Assembly (NCBI GenBank): GCA_963665235.2
Contig: CAXXLX010000001.1
Location: 960,001-1,024,000 of the forward strand
Direction: 5' to 3'
Length of the DNA: 64,000 bases
Source of the DNA: Candidatus Poribacteria bacterium
Lineage (GTDB): Bacteria; Poribacteria; WGA-4E; WGA-3G
Shown here: piece after piece, positions 50,224 to 59,690 of the stretch
How the letters are laid out: every line of letters begins with the position of its first letter
How positions within the stretch are numbered: position 1 is the first letter of the stretch
Position numbers and translations under genes: made by a program
The notes under the pieces: model-generated
The model's input: only the letters and a program-made list of their open reading frames with translations
What the model was told of the DNA's origin: nothing
The model's database searches: none

Positions 50224-51513
50224 CTACAGATATTTTTCAAATACCGTTAAGAGTTGCTGCGCAATTGCTTCGTCGTTAAACTTCTGATGCACGTTAGTCT
50301 TTCCCATTTTTCCCATGTGTTCCCGTTTTTCGGTATCGTTGTAGAGTTCCAGGATGCCTTCAGCAACAGCCCCAACCGATTCCGGTTCGATGAGAATTCC
50401 GCCTTCGGTTGCATTAATCATTTCAGGGAATGCGCCGTGTCGGGGTTGAACAACCGGTACACCGTTCGCTAGGGCTTCCAGAATAGATAAACCTTTGGAT
50501 TCGCGGTAAACGGTGGGGACAGAGAAAACGTGCAGCTGGTTGAGGAAATCAATTTTTTGTGACCGTGTCACCTCACCGTGATGAACAAAACTGTCTGTCA
50601 ACCCCCATGCATCAATTTGTTTTACAAGTTCTTCGAAATAGGGTTTATCTTTTTTGCCGAGGTATCCGGCGACATGAAGTTGAACGTTATCTGTCCCTAA
50701 TTCGGTTGCCAATGTGTGGAGCGCGCTTACCAAGAGATGTAACCCTTTTTCGGGGCAGATGCGTGCCAAATAGCCAATCGTGAAGGGAGGCGGCTCCGGT
50801 TTTTCGACAGGAACGCCGTGCCCTTCTAAGTTCAAACCGAGGGGTACAACATCAATTGTATCAACAGGTACTTTAAGATATGCGTCTGCCATAAACTGTG
50901 CATAGTAGTGGCAGGATGCAACAAATCCATCTGCGTCTGTAGCCCGTTCCCCAAGGAGCATTAGTGCCTCTGTTTTATAAGGTTCGATTAGGTTCCGTAG
51001 GAAGATGTCTTCACCCTGAAGGGCGCAGATAACTGGAACCTCCAGCGCGCTTTTAATTTCTCTGGCAAATCCGACGAGCATAGAGTTGGTAAGATAGACG
51101 ATATCCGGTTTGTTGTCTTCTCGAAGCCAGGCAACCAATTTGTCCAACTCCTTCTTCTGATACCCTTGTTCAGCACTGAGCATGGATACTGTGAGTTCAC
51201 CGAGGTCTCGTGCGCTGGTTGTGCTGCTGAAACGTGATAATCCGTTCAGCAGCGTTGGGTTATCGAGCAGTCTATCGAATGCCCATGGGGTATGTCGGAA
51301 GAGGGACAATTTTTGTTGAAGATAGACGTTAACGCCGCCGAAGAAAACGCGGTTCATGCTGACATTGACCTCATCGGTTCGGGTGGGGGTATATGTCGGA
51401 ATCAGCGCGACGTTGTGTCCCTGTTTTTTGAGTTCTGTTGCGACCGTATTGTCGTGGATGCAGGTCCCGCAGTACATGCCAGCGGCCCCGGCTGTGATGT
51501 AAGCAACTTTCAT
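50224..51513 (-). CDS. Glycosyltransferase family 4
   Basis: 'GYLARICPEKG', 'ESKGLSILEALANGVPVV'. Confidence 0.9.
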   Translation of the reverse strand: MKVAYITAGAAGMYCGTCIHDNTVATELKKQGHNVALIPTYTPTRTDEVNVSMNRVFFGGVNVYLQQKLSLFRHTPWAFDRLLDNPTLLNGLSRFSSTTSARDLGELTVSMLSAEQGYQKKELDKLVAWLREDNKPDIVYLTNSMLVGFAREIKSALEVPVICALQGEDIFLRNLIEPYKTEALMLLGERATDADGFVASCHYYAQFMADAYLKVPVDTIDVVPLGLNLEGHGVPVEKPEPPPFTIGYLARICPEKGLHLLVSALHTLATELGTDNVQLHVAGYLGKKDKPYFEELVKQIDAWGLTDSFVHHGEVTRSQKIDFLNQLHVFSVPTVYRESKGLSILEALANGVPVVQPRHGAFPEMINATEGGILIEPESVGAVAEGILELYNDTEKREHMGKMGKTNVHQKFNDEAIAQQLLTVFEKYL

Positions 51514-51611
51514 GTTTTTGTTCTACTATTGATGTCCGCTATTTTGGGTATTGCTTTCTCATATCAATAGTATACCATATTTTGTTAAAAAACGGTTATC
51601 AAATTTTATCT

Positions 51612-53087
51612 TTACCCGATTTTTGTTGATGAATTGAAAAACTTTTCAAGCGTTTGTGAAGTCGGTGGCTTCGTAAGGAGTGAAACGACTATCAAGGTTG
51701 CCGAAGAGACAAGGATGATAACGGCAACGGGCATGATACCGCTGCCCCCGACGGTATACCCCGGGGTCTGCCAATGCCGCAGAAAGAAGTAGAGCCATAA
51801 TACAATGACGCTTACGATTGCAGCGAACACACCGTGTTTTGTACTACGCTGCCAGAACAGCGCAGCGACCACTATCGGGAGAAGTCCTGAAAATCCGGTG
51901 AAACACCAAACTGCAAGCTTAAAGATGCTCGGTGTGGCAATGAGGGAGATGAGATAGGTGATGCTGAGCACACATACTATGAAAAACCGTCCTATCCATA
52001 CCTGCTGTTTTTCGGTTGTCTGTTCGCGTCCGCGTTTTCTACGGTAGTGCAGGAAAATATCGTGTGTGAACATACTTCCGAGGGAGAGCGATTGCGAATC
52101 GAGCGATGACATAATCGCTGCGAAGACACCCGCACCTAAGAAACCGGCTAAAACGCCTGGGGCATGTGCACCAATCATCTGAATTAGCACATTGTTGGCT
52201 TCCGGTCCCTTGAGTCCGGGAAAATCTACATTCCCCAATATTCCAAGCAGCACACTCGGAATCCACACAATTGCGATACAGAGCGGATAGAAGATAATCG
52301 GATAGCGGAACGACTCGACATCTTTTGCTGTCAAAAAATGTGTAAAAATATGGGGAAACATACCGACAGAGAGCGGAATACAGGTATATGTTAGGAGTTC
52401 CAGCGGTTTTATGTGGTCCGTCTGCATCAACAGACCGGGGTCCACAGCAGCAAGCGCGTTTGAAAACCCACCCATCCGCTTGATGATGATAAAAAAGGTA
52501 ATTCCACCCAACGTCATGAAGACGAGGGTTTGAAAGGTGTTAACCCACGCTGTGCCGCGCATACCGCTATAGGTGACATAACAGAGCACAACCGCACAAA
52601 TCAGCAACCCGCCTACCCATGAAGGAATTGTGCCTTCGGTTATTGTCGCCAGCGTACCGCCACCCCCCATGACACCGATGAGTAGATACGGGATAAGCAG
52701 TAAGACAAGCACAATGAAGAGGAGCAGTCCCAAACCCTCCGATTCCCATCGGTCGCGGAAGTATTGCACCTGCGTTATATAACCGAACTGTTTGCCGAGC
52801 CGCCATATCCGTGTCCCAATAAAGAGAAAAACACACGGCACCACAAGCGCGGAGGAGGATGCCATCAGCGCGAAAACGCCGATACCCCTGTGGTAACCTT
52901 CACCGGAGGCACCGAGGATAGTAAAGGCTGTCATGTGCGTACCGAAAAGCGTCATCAAAAGGATAAACCAATTAATCGTCCGGCTCGCGACAAAGTAATC
53001 CTCACCGGTGGCACGGAAAAACTTGTGACTTAGGACACCGAGGCTTAGCACTAAACCGAGATAAACAAAAATAACAACAAGACTCAT
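51612..53087 (-). CDS. Sodium:solute symporter (SSS) family transporter
   Basis: 'EDYFVASR', 'SGMRGTAWVNTFQ', 'AAIMSSLDSQ'; ~13 TM. Confidence 0.92.
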   Translation of the reverse strand: MSLVVIFVYLGLVLSLGVLSHKFFRATGEDYFVASRTINWFILLMTLFGTHMTAFTILGASGEGYHRGIGVFALMASSSALVVPCVFLFIGTRIWRLGKQFGYITQVQYFRDRWESEGLGLLLFIVLVLLLIPYLLIGVMGGGGTLATITEGTIPSWVGGLLICAVVLCYVTYSGMRGTAWVNTFQTLVFMTLGGITFFIIIKRMGGFSNALAAVDPGLLMQTDHIKPLELLTYTCIPLSVGMFPHIFTHFLTAKDVESFRYPIIFYPLCIAIVWIPSVLLGILGNVDFPGLKGPEANNVLIQMIGAHAPGVLAGFLGAGVFAAIMSSLDSQSLSLGSMFTHDIFLHYRRKRGREQTTEKQQVWIGRFFIVCVLSITYLISLIATPSIFKLAVWCFTGFSGLLPIVVAALFWQRSTKHGVFAAIVSVIVLWLYFFLRHWQTPGYTVGGSGIMPVAVIILVSSATLIVVSLLTKPPTSQTLEKFFNSSTKIG

Positions 53088-53113
53088 ATCTCCACTCCAA
53101 ATTTATGTAAAAG

Positions 53114-53227
53114 TAGCAAATAGCAGTTAGCAATTAGCAAGATGTTGTGATTATAAGCAGATTTTTGACGCGCGTCAAAAACCTCTTCCTTGTGCCAATC
53201 GCCATAAGCCAATAGCCAACAGCCAAC
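53114..53227. repeat. Heptamer inverted-arm repeat
   Basis: (TAGCAA[AT])-type arm and (GCCAAnn)-type arm flank a ~50-bp core. Confidence 0.7.
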
Positions 53228-53413
53228 TCACATTGTGTATTTCACCAGGGCTGCCATGAGCAGGGTTGCGGCGAAACAGAACGCTATATGATAGAGCAAT
53301 CCTACCGGTATGCCGAGGACAAGTTGTGGGGTTTTCCAAAACCAGAAATCGTTGTGAAGTAGGAACAGTAGGACGAGCAGACTGTAGAGCGTCCATTTAA
53401 GCGTACGTTTCAT
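53228..53413 (-). CDS. DUF3311-like 2-TM SSS accessory protein
   Basis: 'LHNDFWFW..PQLVLGIPVGLLYH', directly upstream of the SSS gene. Confidence 0.75.
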   Translation of the reverse strand: MKRTLKWTLYSLLVLLFLLHNDFWFWKTPQLVLGIPVGLLYHIAFCFAATLLMAALVKYTM

Positions 53414-55466
53414 GATTTGCCTCCGTTTTTTGCCAATTATAGAAGAAAATGAAAACACTCCCAAGGATTGCTATGCCGTGTATCAACAGGAACGGCATGT
53501 GCGTAGGGGTGAAAAAGAGAATTACCACAGCAACGAAAAGTCCCCAACGTTCCCACTGAGAGAGCGGTTTGAAGGCGTATCCAGCAACCCCCGCCGCGAA
53601 GATAAAGGTGCCAATCAGTGTCAGTGAGAAATTCATGAAGACCAACCACACCGCCGGGCCGCCAGCATCCGTGCTGAGCCACAGCAGCTCTGGCCGTAAC
53701 ACAAAGGCGTAAGGCAGCGCGAACCCAACAAGCGCAAATCTGAACGCGGCGAAGGCTGTTTGCATGATACCCGCGTTCGCAATTGCCGCGGCGGTATACG
53801 CAGCTAACGCCACCGGGGGCGTGACCATTGACATCATCCCGAAATAGAAGATGAAGAAGTGGGCTGCAAGCGGAACGACCCCTAAATCCAGCAACACAGG
53901 TCCGACCAAAATCGCCATGAGTAGATAACAGACAGAGGAGGGCAGCCCCATCCCGAGAATAATTGTGGAAATCATCAGGAGGAAAAGGGCTAAAATGAGA
54001 TTCGTTTTCGCAAGCGGTAACAGGGCTGCAGGCAGTTTTGAACCAACACCTGTGAGTGTGACAATTCCCAAGATGATTCCCACACATGAAGCGGCGGCTA
54101 TCAGAGACACACCACTCTGTGCAGCGTTTTCCATCGCTTTTAAAACGCCGGGTATGCCGACGCGGGTCTGTTTGTGAAAGAGGCTTACGACCAACACGAC
54201 CAGTAAACTCCAACTGACTGCACGGAACGGCGTAGCTCCCTGCAGTAGGAACACTATTAGCGTGATAAACGCCGAGAAAAAGACTACGCCTTGCATCTTG
54301 GAAAGTTTGCTTGTGTGTTCCTCCGATGTGTCGGTGTCCGCCTGGGTGTGATTCACGGGGGTGCTACTGATACGTTTTGCATAGAAATGGACGATGCATA
54401 GCAGGGCAGTATAGTAGAGAATCGCTGGCAGGAGCGCGGCTTTGATGATTTGCAGGTATGTAACAGCAGGTTCAACGATTTCCAGCATCATATAGGCACC
54501 CGCGCCCATAATCGGTGGGACTAACGCGCCCCCGGAACTCGCCGCGGCTTCAATCCCACCCGCAATTGTCGGCTTAAATCCGACACTCCGCATCAACGGA
54601 ATTGTAAAGGTGCCGGTCGTCGCCGTATTGGCAACGGCTGAGCCTGAAAGCGAGCCCATCATCCCGCTTCCAATTACTGCTACCTTTGCTGGACTCCCCG
54701 CGCTGCCGCCGAATATTCGTCGCGCTAAGTTTAAGATGTACGCGGTGGCACCGGTCTGCTCCAGAAAGGTACCGAATAGCACAAAGAGGAAAACGTAGGT
54801 GAACATAACCCGTAGTGCAATACCGAATACCCCTTGGCTATGTAAAAACGTCTGACTTGCGATACGTTGCAAGGAATACCCCTTATGCGGAAATAGCCAG
54901 TCCGGCATAAACTGCCCGAAACCTGCATAGAGCAAAAACAGGAGGGCGAGAATTGGAAGGGTTATGCCAATAGCGCGGCGGGTCGCCTCTAAGACTAAAA
55001 TAAGTCCAACTCCGGCGACGAGGTAATCCGTGAAACGTTCGTTCGCTGCGCGGTCCCCGAGGAATTTGCCATCTAACCAGAACGTTTTAAAAATAGGTTC
55101 GGTTTGGAGGATAATGTAACCGAAACAGAGAATTACAGTGCTGACTAGCACAAAATCGAGGAGCTGACAGGCACGGTTGTCGGCAAATCGCGGATGAAGT
55201 GGGTATTTCAAAAAGACGACTATTAACCCGAACATCGCGAAGAGTGCCAACTCGGATTGCGGATTCAGCAACGGATAGTTGACTTCGGCTAAGATAAAAA
55301 GACTTAGCAGCACTGCAACTGACAGAATAAGGGGTTGTTTTAGCTGTTCCAATAGATTAGATGATGTGTTCCGGTGACGTTTTAAGTTCAGACAATAGAC
55401 TTCTCTTAAAGTGTAGCAGAAAATGTGAGGGGTGTCAACTAAAAAGATAGAGATGGGCAGGGCCAT
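53397..55466 (-). CDS. TRAP (TAXI-type) fused 4TM/12TM permease
   Basis: 'GSAVANTATTGTFTIPLM', 'IEAAASSGGALVPPIMGAGAY', 'TPPVALAAY'. True start is probably downstream, near 55350. Confidence 0.9.
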   Translation of the reverse strand: MALPISIFLVDTPHIFCYTLREVYCLNLKRHRNTSSNLLEQLKQPLILSVAVLLSLFILAEVNYPLLNPQSELALFAMFGLIVVFLKYPLHPRFADNRACQLLDFVLVSTVILCFGYIILQTEPIFKTFWLDGKFLGDRAANERFTDYLVAGVGLILVLEATRRAIGITLPILALLFLLYAGFGQFMPDWLFPHKGYSLQRIASQTFLHSQGVFGIALRVMFTYVFLFVLFGTFLEQTGATAYILNLARRIFGGSAGSPAKVAVIGSGMMGSLSGSAVANTATTGTFTIPLMRSVGFKPTIAGGIEAAASSGGALVPPIMGAGAYMMLEIVEPAVTYLQIIKAALLPAILYYTALLCIVHFYAKRISSTPVNHTQADTDTSEEHTSKLSKMQGVVFFSAFITLIVFLLQGATPFRAVSWSLLVVLVVSLFHKQTRVGIPGVLKAMENAAQSGVSLIAAASCVGIILGIVTLTGVGSKLPAALLPLAKTNLILALFLLMISTIILGMGLPSSVCYLLMAILVGPVLLDLGVVPLAAHFFIFYFGMMSMVTPPVALAAYTAAAIANAGIMQTAFAAFRFALVGFALPYAFVLRPELLWLSTDAGGPAVWLVFMNFSLTLIGTFIFAAGVAGYAFKPLSQWERWGLFVAVVILFFTPTHMPFLLIHGIAILGSVFIFFYNWQKTEANHETYA

Positions 55467-55655
55467 TTAGTTTTAAGAATTTTCATGTGATGAGGTTAAC
55501 TGTGAGTTTAGGTTTTGAGGCGAAAAATCGTATTGCCTCGGTGATTTTGGTATACCCTGCAAATCGTAAGACCGCCAGTGCGGTGTTGTGCAAAGCTGCC
55601 AAGACTTGGGGGATGCTGCCTGTTCTCGCTTTTAGTGTCACATTCTCCTGTTTTG
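55458..55655 (-). mobile_element. ISAs1-family transposase 3' remnant with terminal repeat
   Basis: 'RTGSIPQVLAALHNTALAVLRFAGYTKITEAIRFFA..P' followed by a CAGGGC terminus at 55458. Confidence 0.7.
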
Positions 55656-56728
55656 GGGTGTGTAAAGTTTTCGTATGTCTGCGATATTTTTTATGAAGAA
55701 AAATGAAACAGTTCGCAACTAATACCATTTTTATTAATTATTCTATCATTACCGGTTGTTAGAAATCAAACGGAGAACGGGAGACCCAAACTGGAAGTTT
55801 ATGCTACGATAAAGCGCACAAACTGGAAGTTTATGCTACGATAAAGCGCACAAACTGGAAGTTTATGCTACGATAAAGCGCACAAACTGGAAGTTTATGC
55901 TACGATAAAGCGCACAAACTGGAAGTTTATGCTACGATAAAGCGCACAAACTGGAAGTTTATGCTACGATAAAGCGCACAAACTGGAAGTTTATGCTACG
56001 ATAAAGCGCACAAACTGGAAGTTTATGCTACGATAAAGCGCACAAACTGGAAGTTTATGCTACGATAAAGCGCACAAACTGGAAGTTTATGCTACGATAA
56101 AGCGCACAAACTGGAAGTTTATGCTACGATAAAGCGCACAAACTGGAAGTTTATGCTACGATAAAGCGCACAAACTGGAAGTTTATGCTACGATAAAGCG
56201 CACAAACTGGAAGTTTATGCTACGATAAAGCGCACAAACTGGAAGTTTATGCTTAGAAATGGTATAATATAACAGCATCCCAAAACATTTTTGGGAGGAA
56301 AGCGGCACGGTTTGCAACTAACCTGATGCGCCCCCGATAGCGAAAGTGTCACATTTCATTTTTTTTTGGAAATCGTCCAAAGGGGGTGTAAACGGCTTAC
56401 AAAGCTATGCGTGTCGTGAGTTTAGGCAAATGCAGCCCCGGGAACCAGATGTCACACTTTGTGTCGAAAAGTGTAACATTTTCACCGGAACCGGTCTCAA
56501 AAAGTAGGAGGCAGAACGCTAAAAAAGTTGTCAGGACAGATACCCGAAATCGGCCGTTGAAATGACACACTTCGTTTTTTTTGTGTTTCGAAAGAGAGAG
56601 GACAAAACGGCTTTCAAAGCTATGCGTGGCGTGCGTTCATGCACATTCAGCACCGAAAACCGAAAGTCACACTTTGTGTCGAAAAGTGTAACATTTTCAC
56701 CGGTTTTGTACAAAAACTTTACACACTC
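55656..56728. mobile_element. Family D (IS256-like TIR) bounded non-coding element containing a nested family A copy
   Basis: GGGTGTGTAAAGTTTTCGTA / TGTACAAAAACTTTACACACTC; no matching TSD. Confidence 0.55.
55723..56264 (+). mobile_element. MITE family A with a perfect 32-bp tandem array (14 full units + partial)
   Basis: TAA at 55720-22 and 56265-67; unit CAAACTGGAAGTTTATGCTACGATAAAGCGCA; the ATGC core recurs every 32 nt from 55801 to 56249. Confidence 0.95.
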
Positions 56729-56832
56729 TTGAGATAGTCAACTTAACGGTGGTTTACCTTATTTGCGAGGTTCCGTGTCAATGGAGATGTTTTTGACATC
56801 CTTAAAATCGGGCAAGCGGAACCCAGTATCAT

Positions 56833-56995
56833 TAGACATTATGATGATTTAAACGGAGTATGCTTGTGAACCTTGTAGGGGCGAGGTCCCCTCGCCCTAT
56901 GACCATGGCTTCAAATCGGGCGGGGGGACCCCGCCCCTACGCACCGCCACTGCTAACGAACTAGAAATGCTACAATTAAACCGGCATAATGTCTA
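56833..56995. mobile_element. MITE family E (TAGACATTATG TIR) enclosing an inverted REP doublet
   Basis: TAGACATTATG / CATAATGTCTA; REP doublet at 56875-56940; the same end motif occurs at 22383. Confidence 0.6.
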
Positions 56996-57171
56996 TTATT
57001 TAGGCGAAAACTCTCTCGTCAAAGTGGTAAATATCTGATTGATACTGACATAGTCGTTTGACAAAAACTTTATGCCCTCTCAAAAAACCTTGATTTTTGA
57101 TAGTGTTTATGCTAAAATGTTTACAACAAATTCGGTACGTGCAGAAAGTAAACCGAAAAGGAGGCTACACA

Positions 57172-57396
57172 ATGGACAATTTGAAAACAGAACTTCTCGA
57201 ACAGATAGAAAAACTTACACCCCAGCAACAGAAACAGGTTTTGGATTTTGCCCTAGAACTTTCGGGTGAACTAGCAAAGCGTTACCCCGGAAAAAATCTG
57301 CTTCAATTTGCGGGAACGATTTCGCCAGAAGACTTGGAAATCATGAAGCAGGCAATTGAAGAAGGGTGTGGACAAGTTGATGAATCAGAGTGGTAG
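57172..57396 (+). CDS. Putative antitoxin (DUF2281-like)
   Basis: AGGAGG RBS; 74 aa, acidic C-terminus; overlaps the PIN toxin gene. Confidence 0.75.
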   Translation: MDNLKTELLEQIEKLTPQQQKQVLDFALELSGELAKRYPGKNLLQFAGTISPEDLEIMKQAIEEGCGQVDESEW

Positions 57397-57775
57397 GTAT
57401 CTGCTTGATACGAATATCGCAATTGCCTTGTTTTCCGAGGAGGTAGAGGTACAAGAAAGAGCCAAAAACGCAGGAGTTGTGGCACTGGCACCCCCTATAA
57501 TCGGTGAACTTTACTACGGGGCCCAGAAGTCGCACAAAGTCTTGGAAAACCGCCACAAAATAGACAGTTTTGTGCAACAAAACGCTTTTTTTCCTTGTGA
57601 TTTGGAAACGGCGCAGTGGTACGGAATCATCAAAGACCAACTGCGAAGGAAGGGCCGCCCCATCCCCAACAACGATATCTGGATTGCAGCAATCGCCATG
57701 CAATATGATTTAATTCTCGTCACGCGAGACGCACACTTTAATCATGTAGAATCTCTTCAGACAGAACGTTGGTAA
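57380..57775 (+). CDS. vapC: PIN-domain toxin
   Basis: YLLDTNI, IGELYYGA, NDIWIAAIA and LVTRDAHF motifs. Confidence 0.93.
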   Translation: MNQSGRYLLDTNIAIALFSEEVEVQERAKNAGVVALAPPIIGELYYGAQKSHKVLENRHKIDSFVQQNAFFPCDLETAQWYGIIKDQLRRKGRPIPNNDIWIAAIAMQYDLILVTRDAHFNHVESLQTERW

Positions 57776-57809
57776 CGTTATGAACAGGAATGAACACCCC
57801 TAGACGAAA

Positions 57810-58172
57810 TTGAGAAATATGTTAGCATCAGAACATAACCCCACAAACGAGGCACTTAACACTCTTCGCGAAAAACTCCGCGAAATGTTCCACTTTGCAC
57901 ATACCGACCTAGACTTCGGCATCTTCCGTATCCTCAAAATCAAACGCAATGAAGTCAATCAATTCATCGATGACAAACTAACAGAAATCGTCCAAACCGC
58001 ACTCGCTGATGTAACAGAGGCTCTTTACGACAACCAACTGACACAGGTCAGGGAATATGTCACCGAAGAAGGCAGCCGTAGACAACGGGACTGGCTTGAG
58101 GATATCAAAGAGAATACCCCACAACTCGGCGCAAATATCGACAATTGGATGCCTCTGGTTAGAACAGTATGA
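57810..58172 (+). pseudogene. N-terminal fragment of a type III R-M Mod-like methyltransferase
   Basis: 'LREMFHFAHTDLDFGIFRILKIKR.E...FI' leader; no catalytic motifs; premature end. Confidence 0.65.
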
Positions 58173-58311
58173 GGATGTCCTCAATAATATCACTTTACCG
58201 ACCACTTTATAAATATTAAGTATTTTGATGGAAATTCAGATAACATTCATCTTCTTGTGTTGTGGTTATGATCCATCCATTCAACACAGTCGCATGGAAT
58301 GGATAGATTAT

Positions 58312-58811
58312 TTGACATACTCTCCCAGCTAAAGCAAGGGAGATTCTTTTAAAAAGTTCCGCTACGCGTTAGCTATTGGATTGTGGTTTTCAGACGTGTG
58401 AACGTCCGAGGTCCCATCGAGGACATCCTCAACGGAGATGCTTGGGCTGTTCCAAGTCTTACTGCCCCTAACTCAAAGGACAAGGTTTCCCTGCCCTCGT
58501 GCTTCGCACCTTCTTTATGCTTGTGAATCAGTGCTTTGGTATCCAATGCAGCATGACCCGTCTTTTGGATACCGAAAGCATTGCACAAAAATGTGGATAT
58601 TGACTGGGTATCGCCAGAACATCAGCACACAACCCTACCATAGGTTGAGGTTCGGAACTTCAACATTGGTGGCGTTGAAGGTGGTAATCCGAACCACTGA
58701 TGATATATATATTATACCACATTTTAATGCAAAAGTCAAATTAAAAACATAAGCTTATGTTCCTACTACATCCCCCAGCTAAAGCACGGGGGTTTTGTAG
58801 CGGAAGACTTG
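58312..58811 (-). mobile_element. 500-bp non-autonomous IS200/IS605 element
   Basis: Inserted 3' of TTTAT; left hairpin CCCCCGTGCTTTAGCTGGGGG; right end GAATCTCCCTTGCTTTAGCTGGGAGAGTATGTCAA; no TSD; no intact TnpA or TnpB. Confidence 0.88.
58711..58739 (-). promoter_or_regulatory. Near-consensus promoter within the mini-IS605
   Basis: TTGACT-17 nt-TATAAT with extended -10 TG. Confidence 0.65.
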
Positions 58812-59204
58812 ATAAAAGTCCTGTTTCTTGGAGGAGTCTGCTACGAGATGCACTACCGTGTGGCTCAAAAAGATATGGACAATCTAACATTTTATGATAG
58901 TAGATGTCTGTTAAATCGATAAAACCTGTTATACCCTTAATATTTGTGGTTTCAACCGTTCGATAATAACCATGTATTCTGAGCAGTTCCTTACGTTTTT
59001 TACGTTGTATTAGGTGGATGACCTTATACCAATTTAGAAGTAGAAATAAAGGAATTCCAAATACAAGGCAAGTAACAACAACGTTTAGTAAGGTAACATC
59101 GGACATACTGTATTGTGGATTGGCAGCAACACCAATCAACCCAAAAGTTAAAATTACTGCAAGTGTGACTAACACAGGTTTAATAAGCATTTTGCTATCT
59201 TGAT

Positions 59205-59318
59205 CAGGACTTACGCAAATTTAGCAGAAACCTCGTAGGGGCGGGGTCTCCCCGTCCGCTATGTCTCGCTCTAGATCCCACTGTCATTAGGGTTTATCAA
59301 CGCGCTGCGTAAGTCCTG
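59205..59318 (+). mobile_element. MITE family B
   Basis: Perfect 13-bp TIRs and an internal REP; flanks TTGAT/GTCAA do not form a TSD. Confidence 0.85.
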
Positions 59319-59339
59319 GTCAAGTTAAGAATCAATGAC

Positions 59340-59566
59340 GAGTGCGTAAAGTTTCTGTACAAGTTAATCTATTGATGTTTAAAACGCCCTACTCCTACAG
59401 TGCGACTCATTGCTCAGCAGAACGGTGCTCGTAGTAGGGAAACCATTTATTGCCTGTCAGCGTAACATTTTTCGTAGTGTGCCTCATTGTTCGTCAGAGT
59501 CCTACACAACACGACGGGCGATGAATCGCCCTACTACAAACGCGTGTACGAAAACTTTACACACCC
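59340..59566. mobile_element. MITE family D (IS256-like, 9-bp TSD) with GTAG REP cargo
   Basis: GAGTGCGTAAAGTTTCTGTAC / GTACGAAAACTTTACACACCC; ATCAATGAC at 59331-39 and 59567-75; right ~50 bp recur at 35539-35590. Confidence 0.88.
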
Positions 59567-59690
59567 ATCAATGACTTTTTGCAAGTCCAAAACGACTTAT
59601 TGCGAATATTAAATCTACATTCGGACCGAAATGAGCCAAGTGCGATTAAGAACTCCAACACCACCCCCCTATCTTCTTAAAAATTGACAC

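Larger units (their letters stand above)
58247..59190 (-). pseudogene. Small 2-TM protein with Cys/His motif, split by the mini-IS605
   Basis: Removing 58312-58811 gives ..YYHKMLDCPYL..ETGLLYNLSIPCDCVEWMDHNHNTRR*. Confidence 0.7.

Noticed and set aside
53437-54213. Long alternative-frame or antisense ORFs (also 45968..46750, 28479..29090, 16485..17039)
   Set aside because: They overlap well-supported genes and lack recognisable motifs.
55787-56252. CRISPR array
   Set aside because: Units are contiguous and identical, with no unique spacers and no cas genes. The array lies inside a TIR/TSD-bounded element.
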